Assembly: GCA_002011035.2 (NCBI GenBank)
Contig: MTLY02000001.1
Location: 96,001 to 160,000, forward strand
DNA: 64,000 nt
Direction of reading: 5' to 3'
Source: Candidatus Hecatella orcuttiae
GTDB lineage: Archaea; Thermoproteota; Bathyarchaeia; Hecatellales; Hecatellaceae
Below are positions 38,653 to 48,365 of this stretch, in pieces. A model generated the notes under the pieces. It made no database searches. It was not told where the DNA came from and was given only the letters and a program-made list of their open reading frames with translations. Position 1 is the stretch's first letter; each line of letters begins with the position of its first letter. Both the position numbers and the translations under genes were made by a program.

Positions 38653-39531
38653 ATGGCAAAAGGGAACCGTGCGCTGCTTTACTTTGCCGTCATCATAATT
38701 GTACTCTGGAGTTTCATGCCCATCTACTGGATACTGAATTTGTCCCTTCAATTTGAAAGCACCATATATGCTACACCTACAAACCTAGCCCCCCTAAAGC
38801 CGACTGACTACTGGTACCGCCGCATACTCCAACTTCCTGTGGAAGAAATTGAGATGGCAGGAGCTAGCGTAGGGGCTATGACAGCGGAGCATATTGGGCG
38901 AGGTTTGAAGAACAGCATACTTGTGGCTCTCCCTGTTTCTGTCATCGCAACAGCGGTAGGTTCCCTCTCAGGGTACGCTTTTGGTAGATTGAAGTTTAAA
39001 TTTAAGAACGGCTGGCTAGTCATGTTACTAGCGTCCCAAGTACTACCTCCCGTCGCCGTGGTGCTACCGTTTTTCATCTTCTTCCTAACCCTAGGGCTTC
39101 TAGGAACTCTCCACGGTCTCATGATCATCTACCTCGGCATGTTGATACCTCTTGTAACTTGGGTTTTGCTAGGTTTTTTCGCAGGTCTTCCTCTAGAGAT
39201 CGAAAGAGCCGCCAGAATCGACGGCTGTGGAAGACTGGAAGCCTTAAGAAAAATTGTTCTCCCCATGGCCGCGCCCGGCATAGTTGCAGGGTGGGTGCTA
39301 GCTTTCATCACAGCCTATAATGAATTTATGTACGCGTGGATACTGACCACCGGCAGCTTCGCTCAGACTCTTCCCCCAGCCATAACCGGGCTGTTTTTCC
39401 AAGATACAGGGGTGCCAGAGATGAGCGCCGCTGTCATGCTATCACTGTTACCCGTGCTCGCTCTAGGCCTCGTCCTGCAAAAGTATATTATGCAGTTGAG
39501 AATAGTGGACCCCGTAACCGTCGTTGCCTAA
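38653..39531 (+). CDS. Carbohydrate ABC permease (MalG-like)
   Basis: NS..VA, GYAF.R..F, LP.EIE.AA.IDG, YNEF..A. Confidence 0.92.
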   Translation: MAKGNRALLYFAVIIIVLWSFMPIYWILNLSLQFESTIYATPTNLAPLKPTDYWYRRILQLPVEEIEMAGASVGAMTAEHIGRGLKNSILVALPVSVIATAVGSLSGYAFGRLKFKFKNGWLVMLLASQVLPPVAVVLPFFIFFLTLGLLGTLHGLMIIYLGMLIPLVTWVLLGFFAGLPLEIERAARIDGCGRLEALRKIVLPMAAPGIVAGWVLAFITAYNEFMYAWILTTGSFAQTLPPAITGLFFQDTGVPEMSAAVMLSLLPVLALGLVLQKYIMQLRIVDPVTVVA

Positions 39532-39734
39532 AATACTGTTTTTTCCGCTTCAAAGCCAAGTCCCCTGTAATAAAAAATCTAAAAAGAAACATAGGCTATG
39601 CTCTAAAGTCTTAAGCTGAAACGCTCATCTCGAGAACACTAGTATCTCCAATACTCTCAAAAATTCAAAACTAATTGTAATCGTTAAATGGCTTAAAAAA
39701 CTTTGACGGTAGATGAAAAATGTTTTCTACGATT

Positions 39735-40829
39735 TTAGACGATAAGTTTCTCCGTCTTTCGGTCGTAGACGTGTATCTTGGCGATATCGATCTTAGCCCA
39801 TACCTTTTCTCCAAGAGAGGCTTTAAAGGTCGGAGGACATACACTTTTCACTATTTGTCCGCCAACCGTAAGGTCGACGATGGTTTCGGTTCCTAAGGGT
39901 TCCACAGCATAAACCTCCGTTTCAAAGGAATCATCGCCGAGCCGTTGCTTAGACACGGAAATGTTTTGCGGTCTCACGGCTAGGATGAGGTCAGAGGTAT
40001 TCCCGTGTTCTTTCACAAGGGCCGCTACATCACTGGGTAGACTTAGGGAAAACTCGGAGGTCTTCAACTTCGTCTTTTCTTTCTCTTCCATCAAGCTACA
40101 GTGGAAGAAGTTCATAGGCGGGCTGCCGATAAACCCCGCGACAAAGGTATCCGCTGGCTTGTCGAAAATTCGAATAGGCTCATCCAGCTGCGCCACTTTT
40201 CCCTTGTTCATGATGGCTATTCTATCCGCCATGGTCATGGCCTCCACTTGGTCGTGAGTTACGTAGATAGTGGTAGTCTTCAAAGTCTTCTGTAACCTGA
40301 TGAGCTCCGCCCTCATAGCAACCCTAAGCTTTGCATCGATGTTAGAAAGAGGCTCGTCTAGGAGGAAGGCCTTAGGATTTCTTACGATGGCCCTAGCCAA
40401 TGCAACCCGTTGTCTTTCACCGCCGCTCAGCTCGTAGGGCTTTCTGTCGAGCAAGGATTCTATGCCGAGCATTTGCGCTGCTTCCATAACTTGCTTCCTG
40501 ATTTTGTCGCTGGGAACCTTTCGCACCATAAGAGGGAAGGCAATGTTACGGTAGGCAGTCATGTGGGGGTAGAGGGCGTAGCTTTGGAAAACCATGGCTA
40601 CATCTCTTTTCTCCGGAGGGACCTCATCGACTTTCTCATCGTCAAAATAGACGCTCCCTTGGTCTTGCCTTTCTAAACCTGCAATGATGTTGAGTGTTGT
40701 GCTTTTTCCACAGCCTGACGGCCCTAAAAGGACAAAGAATTCTTTATCCTTAATCTCTAAACTTATATTGTTAACAGCTATAACGTTTCCGAATCTTTTA
40801 ACGACATTTTCTATTGTAATTTTGACCAT
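39735..40829 (-). CDS. Carbohydrate ABC ATPase (MalK-like), convergent with its permeases
   Basis: GPSGCGKST, VFQSYALYPHM, LSGGERQR, LDEPLSN, YVTHDQ.EA, TOBE tail. Confidence 0.94.
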   Translation of the reverse strand: MVKITIENVVKRFGNVIAVNNISLEIKDKEFFVLLGPSGCGKSTTLNIIAGLERQDQGSVYFDDEKVDEVPPEKRDVAMVFQSYALYPHMTAYRNIAFPLMVRKVPSDKIRKQVMEAAQMLGIESLLDRKPYELSGGERQRVALARAIVRNPKAFLLDEPLSNIDAKLRVAMRAELIRLQKTLKTTTIYVTHDQVEAMTMADRIAIMNKGKVAQLDEPIRIFDKPADTFVAGFIGSPPMNFFHCSLMEEKEKTKLKTSEFSLSLPSDVAALVKEHGNTSDLILAVRPQNISVSKQRLGDDSFETEVYAVEPLGTETIVDLTVGGQIVKSVCPPTFKASLGEKVWAKIDIAKIHVYDRKTEKLIV

Positions 40830-40917
40830 ATGAACTCACTCGGTTTTAGCGCTCCAAGGGCCTTCTAGCAATAAGTTCTATCGGTCTGAAATATTAGTCT
40901 TTCTTCTTCTATATAAC

Positions 40918-41397
40918 TTAAAATGCAGAGTAGGCCGAGGGATTTCTTTCCATGTACCTTTTTATATTCATCAGCCATTCTTCCGTTTTCTTTTTTATTT
41001 TCTTATTCACCCACAACCAGTCTGCTACAGTACCTAAAATCCAGCCCGGCAGGTCATATTCCAAGGTTCTGGTAAGTCTAGTTCCAACAGATATGGGTTC
41101 CAACGTCCATTTGCTTACCTTAAAATTGAAGCCTGATGTAGACTTGGTATGATAAAGTCGATTTTCCACGAGGCCTACAACTTCCGCTGTCCATAACACC
41201 CTCCTCAGTTTTCCCCTTCTAGCTGAGACGCGATATTTCGTCCCAACTCGTACCGGGCCATCGGTTAACTTTTCCACGTGGAACTCCCACTTCAACGGTA
41301 ACGGAACAAGGCTTAACATTTTCTTCTCATCCTTAACCAGCGAAAACACATCCTCCGCCAAGGCGGCAATCTCAATCGACAGTTTGACGAAGCCCAT
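40918..41397 (-). CDS. SRPBCC/START-fold protein
   Basis: SIEIAA..E.VF, GPVRVGT.Y, WTLEP...GTRL, terminal helix. Confidence 0.7.
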   Translation of the reverse strand: MGFVKLSIEIAALAEDVFSLVKDEKKMLSLVPLPLKWEFHVEKLTDGPVRVGTKYRVSARRGKLRRVLWTAEVVGLVENRLYHTKSTSGFNFKVSKWTLEPISVGTRLTRTLEYDLPGWILGTVADWLWVNKKIKKKTEEWLMNIKRYMERNPSAYSAF

Positions 41398-41537
41398 AGC
41401 TTCCTCTCTACCAAGAAGAGAGAGCCTACCATTGAAAAAAGTTCGCAGTGTACATCCCAGTGCCTTTATACAGGTGTTTGCATGCGGCTAACTCGAGACA
41501 TCCATTAGCTGAGGGGCGAGTAGTTCCGCTATGTCTT

Positions 41538-42482
41538 TTAGAGGAAGCTGAAAACGGTGAAGCTTATAGTACAAAGTATGGTTGAATGGAGGAAGCCGTT
41601 CTTGATGGAGCCGGTGCTCATTTTTCCTCCAGCCAGCCCTGAGAAGACACCTTCCACCATCGTCATGTAAAAGAAGATGGGGGTTATGATTTCCTTTGAA
41701 GCTATGGGTGCGCCGAATCCGCCGAAGGACTCCATGCCAGCTAAGCCGGGGATTCCCAAGGAGACATTGAAGAATTGTGTTGAGAGGAAGTAGGCAGTTA
41801 TGAGGAAAACGAAGAATGAGATGTATATTACCCCTATATATGGCTTCATCTGCATCATCCTTTTCCTCTCTTGTTTTTGAATCTCCCTGATGTGGCGGGC
41901 GATGGTTTCGATGCTTTCTTGAATGTCTCCTCCAGTTCGGCTGGCAGCCTGTATCATGAAGGCGGTGCGTCTAGCTAGAGGTGTGTCGCATCGTTCAGCA
42001 AACATTTGAAGCGCCTTGTCGAAAGGAACCCTCCAAGAAAGTTGAGCCACCAATTTTTTCAGCTCTCTAGTCAAAGGACCGTAGTTATGTTCTGTGGAGA
42101 CTTCTATGGCTCTTATGAGGGTCATGCCCACGGAGCCTGCTTCCGCTATCTCCTGCAACAGGGTGGGTAGGTTGTTATCTATGGCGTTTTTACGTTTGCT
42201 TTCGCGATGAAAGTAGATGGACGGAGGGATGAAAGCTGAGATCACTCCAAGGGCGATGAAGCGGTCTAGGGTTAGGGAAGCCGTATGCCCAAAAAGGGTT
42301 AGCGAAGGAGGATTGTGAGCTGTGAGAATCCCCATCAGAAAGTTTAGTGTAAACCAGGAACTAGAGAGGCTTAACATCATCCATATTGCTCTGCGCTTCG
42401 GTTTTCTCCCAGAAAACTTAGCAGGCTTATCTGCTGATTTTCTCGCCTTCAGTTTCCAGAAAGGGTTTAGGTTTATTCTCAT
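41538..42482 (-). CDS. Type IV pilus platform protein (T2SS-F/TadC-like)
   Basis: NLP..L.EIAE...VGM, YGPL..E, GGDI...IE, G..AGK...G. Confidence 0.88.
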   Translation of the reverse strand: MRINLNPFWKLKARKSADKPAKFSGRKPKRRAIWMMLSLSSSWFTLNFLMGILTAHNPPSLTLFGHTASLTLDRFIALGVISAFIPPSIYFHRESKRKNAIDNNLPTLLQEIAEAGSVGMTLIRAIEVSTEHNYGPLTRELKKLVAQLSWRVPFDKALQMFAERCDTPLARRTAFMIQAASRTGGDIQESIETIARHIREIQKQERKRMMQMKPYIGVIYISFFVFLITAYFLSTQFFNVSLGIPGLAGMESFGGFGAPIASKEIITPIFFYMTMVEGVFSGLAGGKMSTGSIKNGFLHSTILCTISFTVFSFL

Positions 42483-42489
42483 TAGCAGT

Positions 42490-43404
42490 TCACCCCTTCG
42501 GCTGAATGATGTCTATGAGAAGAATGTAGAAAGCCGCCAGCACGGGAATGATCAAAAAAGTTAGGAGGTACATAAGTTGGACGAGGTCGAATCCGGCCAG
42601 CGACCCTCCTATGGAAGCCATGATGGAGAGCATTATTATTGCAAGAAGAGGAAAAGCCGTAAACAGGAGCACATAGGTCTCGGCTAGCATCCCCAAAACA
42701 TTGAGAAACTGCTGTATTCCCATGTTTCTCCAAGCCAGAAGCTGCTTGGTCACCGTCAGGAAAAACTTCTTGACGTCGCCCCCGGTTCGAATGGTGGAGG
42801 CAAGCCCCTTCAACAGATTCATATACAAGGGGGAGGGCGCCCTTTCCGCTTCATGCTCCAAAGCCGAAAGGATATTGTAGCCCAATAGATCCATCTTTCC
42901 GATGATGGACCTCATTTCCTCGGATAAAAGTATGTCAGGGTCAGCGTTCGCAGCGGAACGTATGATCTTCTCAGGAGGGACACCGGCGCAGGACAACACA
43001 GACATGTAGCTTGCAGTGATGGGGAGAAACTGTTCCACCCGTCTTTTACGCGCATTGGCATTGAGAGACGGCAACTCATACAGAAGTAGAAAGACGCAAA
43101 CGCCGATGACGAAAGGCCCTAAGAAGACAACTGCAAAGGAGGCACCTTGAAAGGGGAGCAGAACCTGCAAGAGGGAAGGCGCTAGAAGGTTGAGGGTGAA
43201 GAAAACTCCGAAGCTTCCTACCACCGACAAGAAGGTGAGGAAGAATATCTGGCAGAGATATGCCTTAAAGCTTACTTTCATATCAGCTCGGGCTAGATCC
43301 AGTTTAAGTTTGTTGAACAAAGGGTAGATTGGGCTAAGTTTCTTTCCCAGAAGCTTGTAGCTGAAGTATGGAAGAGATCGGCTGATTCTTCCATGGGCTT
43401 TCAC
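42490..43404 (-). CDS. Type IV pilus platform protein (T2SS-F/TadB-like)
   Basis: L.RA.M......Y, LP....YM..L..AG, G..I..AL, TI.TGGD, AETY. Confidence 0.88.
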   Translation of the reverse strand: MKAHGRISRSLPYFSYKLLGKKLSPIYPLFNKLKLDLARADMKVSFKAYLCQIFFLTFLSVVGSFGVFFTLNLLAPSLLQVLLPFQGASFAVVFLGPFVIGVCVFLLLYELPSLNANARKRRVEQFLPITASYMSVLSCAGVPPEKIIRSAANADPDILLSEEMRSIIGKMDLLGYNILSALEHEAERAPSPLYMNLLKGLASTIRTGGDVKKFFLTVTKQLLAWRNMGIQQFLNVLGMLAETYVLLFTAFPLLAIIMLSIMASIGGSLAGFDLVQLMYLLTFLIIPVLAAFYILLIDIIQPKG

Positions 43405-45173
43405 TGAGCCTTCTCCCCCCTTTCTATCTTTTTCATCAGCATAGAAGGATTCAAGTAGTAGGATCGGATGATCTCCACCACGTCCTTGTAGTTGTTAACG
43501 CGGTTTTTCACCATCCATTCGAGGACTTTCCGCCTGTTCTCTAACTCGCGTTCTATCTGCTCGTAGCTCATCCCCCTTTCATTCACAAGCCTGTCGAGAA
43601 AGTCGCTTCGCCCGGAGTAAACATGAGAGTCGGTTCTAGGATTCCATGTGAAAATGTCGCGGGTTATGATCTCCTTGGACACAGGGTCTAAGCCTAGGAT
43701 CTCTGTAACCTTGATTATTCTTCTGACGGATTTGCCCCCTAAGTTAACTCTTGCCTGAACGACGATGAACCCCAGCGTCGCTATCAGCGACCTCGGTATG
43801 TTCATTGGCTCACTCTCCAGCCGGTGCACCGCCGCCTCAACAGAGTCCGCATGTAAGGTTGAAAGACCGCCGTGGCCTGTTGCCACCGCTTGGGCTAAAG
43901 TGTAAGCCTCCGAGCCTCTGACCTCCCCTACGATGAGGTAGTCGGGCCTCTGCCTCATGGCGTTTTTCAACAAGTCGAAGAGAGTTATCTCCGACTGTCT
44001 GCCGCTTACACCAAATCCTGTTCTCACAACGGAGGGAAGCCAGTTTTCATGGGGCAGCTGCAGTTCCGCTGTGTCCTCTATGGAGATGATTTTTAAGGTC
44101 GGCTTTATGAACATGGATAACATGTTGATGGTAGTAGTTTTACCTGAGGCTGTTCCTCCAGCTACTAGGATCGACGCCCTGTTCTCTATGACGTACCAGA
44201 ACCAAGCAGCAAGCTCAGCTGATAAGGTGTTGCTGAGGATGAGGTCTGTTACGGTCAGAGGATTTTCGCGGAATTTTCTTATGGTGAAGGAGGAGCCTCT
44301 ACGGGTGACTTCCTTCTCGTAGGTTACCTGCAGTCTACTCCCATCTGGCAGGGTGGCATCCACCACGGGTTGAGCTATAGATACAGCTCTCTTGGTTATG
44401 TCCGTCAGCTTCACTACGAATCTGTCCAGCTCTTCCGGTGTTGAGAACACTACGTTTGTGGGTATGGACTCGTATTTTCTATGCCAGATGTAGACGGGTA
44501 ATCCGTGGCCGTTGCAAGATATGTCCTCAATGTAAGGGTCTTGCATGAGAGGGTCGATCTTGTCGTATCGGATGAAATCTCGGAGAATGTAGTACTTTAC
44601 TTTATCCAAGGTCTCCGGGCTGAGTTTCATGCGATACTTTTCAACTAGCTTCTCAACCTGATCTATCAAATACTGTTCAGCTTTCTCAACCGATCCTATC
44701 TTTCTTACGTCCACATCTAGTTCGTCGATCAAAAGTTCCTTTATCTCCTCAAGCTGCCACCTTTCCGTTTCCATGAGAGAAGGTTCGATTACCCTGTATT
44801 TTATCTGGCCTGAGCTCTCTTTGACTATCTGAACCCGCGCCAGCCCTCCCTTTAGTTCATACTGCTCTATCAGGGAAACGTTAGGCTCGTTTGGTTCTGG
44901 TAGCTCAAGGGGTTCCGTTTTCTTTTTCTGTCTTCTTACTACCTCCTTGTATAGCTTTTCGATGGAGCTTTTCCATAAATGATCCGGCATGATGATAACG
45001 GCTTCAGATAACTCCTCGGAAGCCAGTACAGCTTTCAGATCCTTTTTCAGCATCGCCTTTCCATCTTTACCGAATCTCTTTTTGTAGATGGATTCAAGTT
45101 CACGGTATAGACTGTCAGCCTTCTTCCCACCCCTCAGAATATTCCACTTTCCGAGACTCATCTTCATAACCAT
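43401..45173 (-). CDS. Type II/IV secretion ATPase (ArlI/VirB11-like)
   Basis: DP.IEDISC.G, GGTASGKTT, IEDTAEL, RQRPDY.IVGEVRG.EA, TGH...ST.HA. Confidence 0.95.
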   Translation of the reverse strand: MVMKMSLGKWNILRGGKKADSLYRELESIYKKRFGKDGKAMLKKDLKAVLASEELSEAVIIMPDHLWKSSIEKLYKEVVRRQKKKTEPLELPEPNEPNVSLIEQYELKGGLARVQIVKESSGQIKYRVIEPSLMETERWQLEEIKELLIDELDVDVRKIGSVEKAEQYLIDQVEKLVEKYRMKLSPETLDKVKYYILRDFIRYDKIDPLMQDPYIEDISCNGHGLPVYIWHRKYESIPTNVVFSTPEELDRFVVKLTDITKRAVSIAQPVVDATLPDGSRLQVTYEKEVTRRGSSFTIRKFRENPLTVTDLILSNTLSAELAAWFWYVIENRASILVAGGTASGKTTTINMLSMFIKPTLKIISIEDTAELQLPHENWLPSVVRTGFGVSGRQSEITLFDLLKNAMRQRPDYLIVGEVRGSEAYTLAQAVATGHGGLSTLHADSVEAAVHRLESEPMNIPRSLIATLGFIVVQARVNLGGKSVRRIIKVTEILGLDPVSKEIITRDIFTWNPRTDSHVYSGRSDFLDRLVNERGMSYEQIERELENRRKVLEWMVKNRVNNYKDVVEIIRSYYLNPSMLMKKIERGEKAQ

Positions 45174-45215
45174 CTGCCCTATTCCTCCTGCAGATGAAGA
45201 TGGAGGGTGATGTTT

Positions 45216-46244
45216 TCAAGTGGTTCTAATGGCGACAAAAGGTATGGTCACCCCCATCTGCTCCCCGTTAACCTCGTAGTAGAGTCCTATGAAAACGATG
45301 TAACGGGTGCTGCTGGAGAGATCACGGGGAGTATCTCCTCCCATCTCCGTGGCGCTGAACTTAACTATCAGCGGCGGACCACCTGCTTGATAGTCTCCCT
45401 GCGCATTGGGCAGCAAAATGTAAGGGTCATTATCTTCATCGTAGGACACAACACCGGGAGTTCCCCCGGGATAGTCGGTAAGGGGGCTGACGATGAAGAA
45501 GGCTTCTGGAACAGGGTTACCGGACTCCTTAAACTCCATGGCATAGAACACGCTCTGTTTGAGAAGTTTCAACTCATACGGGCCTATGTTGGTGAGTTTC
45601 ACATACCACACCAAAGGCGTGGCACCCGGGACTACCCACCCCGGAGCAGGGGTAGTCTGGCTTGGCGAAGTATAATTAACCGAGGTATAGGTTAGGTCGA
45701 GCCTGATGGGGCCCAGGTTAACTTGACTTGCCCAAACTGCACTTGTCGATCGCTGGTATTCCGCTGTGAAAATTCTTCCTCTTTCGGTGACGAGTTTAAC
45801 AGTGTAGAGGGCTCCGTCGTTGAGGTTTCGGTCGGTTTTCACATGAATTCTTTTCTCCAATTCACCGCTGTCCAGAAAGTTGTTGGTGATGCCGGGGACG
45901 GTCGGGGATTCCTGTTCGTCGAGAACTGTCAAAAGGTCGCTGCTGTTGCTGTAGATGTAGATCCGCGCCACTTTAACTCCGACGCCTCCAACGTTACTGA
46001 CTACCACATCGAATTCGTAGCCTGCCTCTGAACTGGTGAAGTTGACGAGGGCCGGGTTTCCAAACTCTAGGTTTTCACTGAACCTTTCAGTGTCCAAGCG
46101 GTTCATCTGCTCTGTCACTTCTCTTAATGTCTCTTGCTGAACTAACATCCAGAAGATGGCGTTGAGAGATGAAACGGTAATTAACACCACAAAGATGCCG
46201 CCGATGACGGTGCTCAAACCTTGCCTGCTCTTGAAGAGCCTCAC
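45216..46244 (-). CDS. Large (minor) pilin with class III signal peptide
   Basis: MRLFKSRQG|LSTVIGGIF hydrophobic helix, NVGG, KLVTERG motif, extra C-terminal beta domain. Confidence 0.78.
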   Translation of the reverse strand: MRLFKSRQGLSTVIGGIFVVLITVSSLNAIFWMLVQQETLREVTEQMNRLDTERFSENLEFGNPALVNFTSSEAGYEFDVVVSNVGGVGVKVARIYIYSNSSDLLTVLDEQESPTVPGITNNFLDSGELEKRIHVKTDRNLNDGALYTVKLVTERGRIFTAEYQRSTSAVWASQVNLGPIRLDLTYTSVNYTSPSQTTPAPGWVVPGATPLVWYVKLTNIGPYELKLLKQSVFYAMEFKESGNPVPEAFFIVSPLTDYPGGTPGVVSYDEDNDPYILLPNAQGDYQAGGPPLIVKFSATEMGGDTPRDLSSSTRYIVFIGLYYEVNGEQMGVTIPFVAIRTT

Positions 46245-46258
46245 ATCGGCAGCCTCCT

Positions 46259-46732
46259 CTACCTCGCTTCCCAGTAGACGGTGTAGGTGTTTCCTCTACT
46301 TGAGAGAATCTCTATTTCCTTAAGGGCGCTTGGAGAGACTTTTTCCGTTAACGTGACCTCCAACTTTCCCACCTGGTTCATTCCTAGTTCCAGCGGTAGT
46401 TCAGGGGTCGTAACATCTTCCTTCACGCCGTCGACGTAGACTTCCTCGATGATGAGGTGGATCGTTCCGATGTTGCGTATGTACAATTCCACTTGGTCGT
46501 AGAGGCCGTCATCGTCGCCGTCCACAAACCAGACATGTTCGATGATGAAACGTTCTTTGGCTGAGCTACTTCTGTCTGACAGGTAAAAGCTCACTTGGCT
46601 TTGGTAGGCTCCGTAGCCTGTTACAGTCCATGCGAAGAGGGTTGTGCCTACGGCGGCGACCATGGCCATGATCAAAAGGTTTGCCACGATAGTTGAAACA
46701 GCTTTGCGGCTTCTGTGGAGCGGTGGATTCAT
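46259..46732 (-). CDS. Archaeal type IV pilin (class III signal peptide); start moved to ATG 46732
   Basis: RSRKA|VSTIVANLL.., ERF.IEHVWF, YIRNIG, SSRGN; TATA sits directly beside the ORF-track start. Confidence 0.82.
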   Translation of the reverse strand: MNPPLHRSRKAVSTIVANLLIMAMVAAVGTTLFAWTVTGYGAYQSQVSFYLSDRSSSAKERFIIEHVWFVDGDDDGLYDQVELYIRNIGTIHLIIEEVYVDGVKEDVTTPELPLELGMNQVGKLEVTLTEKVSPSALKEIEILSSRGNTYTVYWEAR

Positions 46733-46830
46733 TTTTAGCCTCCCCGCACCCTCAACATGTATGTCTATGAGCATATTAATATGCTTTTTTATTTTTAGAA
46801 AAATATTCTCAAACAGTTAAAAAGCAAACC

Positions 46831-47364
46831 TTAGGCTTCGCCCTTAACCTCAAATATCAGAGGAGAAGTTAAGGTTCTCGCTTCAAGCTGACAGCCCAAG
46901 AGCTCCTCTAAAAACCCCAGCAAAAGGGTTGAATCAAAAAAAGGATTCTTCACCACAATAAACTTCTCCCGAAGGCTGAAATCGCCGAAGCCTAAGACAC
47001 GGAGGCGTTTGAACAAGTTGGGCCAATTCTCCCTTTTTGTCGTGTCCATGCCTTGGTCGACTTGGGTGGTGTGGCGGAAGGAAGAACCTATCCTTCTTCC
47101 AGCTTCCCGCCATTTTTCCTTGGGAATGAACTCTGCGAGGATGTTGACGGTGTCCCGGCTTACGAAGGCTACGCGGCTGCTTCCGTGATAATACTCTCCT
47201 GGGTATTTCCAGTCGTAGATGGCCATACTGCGGTAGATGTCAAACATCTTGGAGATGAACGGCTTTATTCCGGGCTCCTTTCCTTCCGCTATCAGTTTTT
47301 CTAGAAATTCCCGGTCGCCTTTTTCAAGAATGATAGTGGTTCTTTTGCTTCGCTCTTCTCTCAT
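46831..47364 (-). CDS. Hypothetical protein, possible ribbon-helix-helix plus V4R-like regulator
   Basis: KRTTIILE beta-strand then two helices; C-terminal RVAFV...GRRIG...LGFGDF...GFLE.LLG. Confidence 0.55.
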   Translation of the reverse strand: MREERSKRTTIILEKGDREFLEKLIAEGKEPGIKPFISKMFDIYRSMAIYDWKYPGEYYHGSSRVAFVSRDTVNILAEFIPKEKWREAGRRIGSSFRHTTQVDQGMDTTKRENWPNLFKRLRVLGFGDFSLREKFIVVKNPFFDSTLLLGFLEELLGCQLEARTLTSPLIFEVKGEA

Positions 47365-47573
47365 GGTGGACCACTGGATAGCCGGAGGTCATAGGTAAGC
47401 ATACATAGGCATAATATCAAATGCCTTCCACCTAAATATCCTTTTCTTCCTTCAGAAACTTCCCTGCCGACTAAGCTCTCAAGGTAGCTCTGTTCAGCTT
47501 AACAGAAAACATTAGAAAGAAGACTGATAATAATAAGAGCTAGAATTTTAAGCCATGTCCAAGGCGCCTCAAA

Positions 47574-48356
47574 ATGGCTGAAGAATGGAGACTGGTCGAC
47601 GCGGAGTTTCCAGATCCTCGCAAGAATCTAGCCCTTGAAGAAACCCTTCTGCGAGCGCTCCAAGAAAACCCAGAAGCCTCTAATACCCTTAGGCTTTGGC
47701 GGAATCCGAAGGCAGTGGTTGTGGGGCGCTTCCAGAAAGTCCCATGGGAAGTGAACGTTAAACTGTGCAGGAGGCTCAGCGTCCCTATCCTCCGGAGGTG
47801 CAGCGGAGGCGGGGCTGTATACCATGACCCAAATAACCTTAATTGGTCTCTTTTCATGAGGCTTAAAAAAGACCCTTTGGCAGCTGAGCCGGTGACAAGT
47901 TTCTTCAAACTTGCCGGCGAATGTGTTATCCGAGGGTTGAAGCGCCTTCACCTTGAGGCCTTCTTCAAGCCGCCCAACACCATCGCCGTGGCTGATGGGA
48001 AAATATCCGGCATGGCCATGTGCATCAGAAAAAATACGCTTCTTTGCCATGGAACTCTCCTAGTCGCCACAGACCTTCAAACCTTGCAAGACATATTACA
48101 GCCCAAGAAAAATGTTTCTGAGGGGGAAAAGCCGTTTACGAGAAGCAGAAGGGAAAAAGTGACTTCCCTCGAAAAAATTCTAGGGAAACCTCCCTCCATG
48201 GTAGAGGTTAGAGAAGCGTTGAGGAAAGGCGTTGAGGAAACCTTAGGCGTCAGGGTGAAGAAAGGCGATCTGACCGCTTGGGAGAGAGAAGCTTTGGAGA
48301 AAATCTGGAGGGAAAAATATTCCACGGACTCTTGGAACCTTTCCACGCCGGGTTGA
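47574..48356 (+). CDS. lplA: Lipoate-protein ligase A, catalytic domain only
   Basis: NLALEE, RRCSGGGAVYHD, KISG, HGTL. Confidence 0.92.
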   Translation: MAEEWRLVDAEFPDPRKNLALEETLLRALQENPEASNTLRLWRNPKAVVVGRFQKVPWEVNVKLCRRLSVPILRRCSGGGAVYHDPNNLNWSLFMRLKKDPLAAEPVTSFFKLAGECVIRGLKRLHLEAFFKPPNTIAVADGKISGMAMCIRKNTLLCHGTLLVATDLQTLQDILQPKKNVSEGEKPFTRSRREKVTSLEKILGKPPSMVEVREALRKGVEETLGVRVKKGDLTAWEREALEKIWREKYSTDSWNLSTPG

Positions 48357-48365
48357 CGGGGTCCT

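Noticed and set aside
41538-46774. Archaellum operon
   Set aside because: No archaellin-like GIGTLIVFIA N-terminus, no arlF/G/H, and two separate platform genes.
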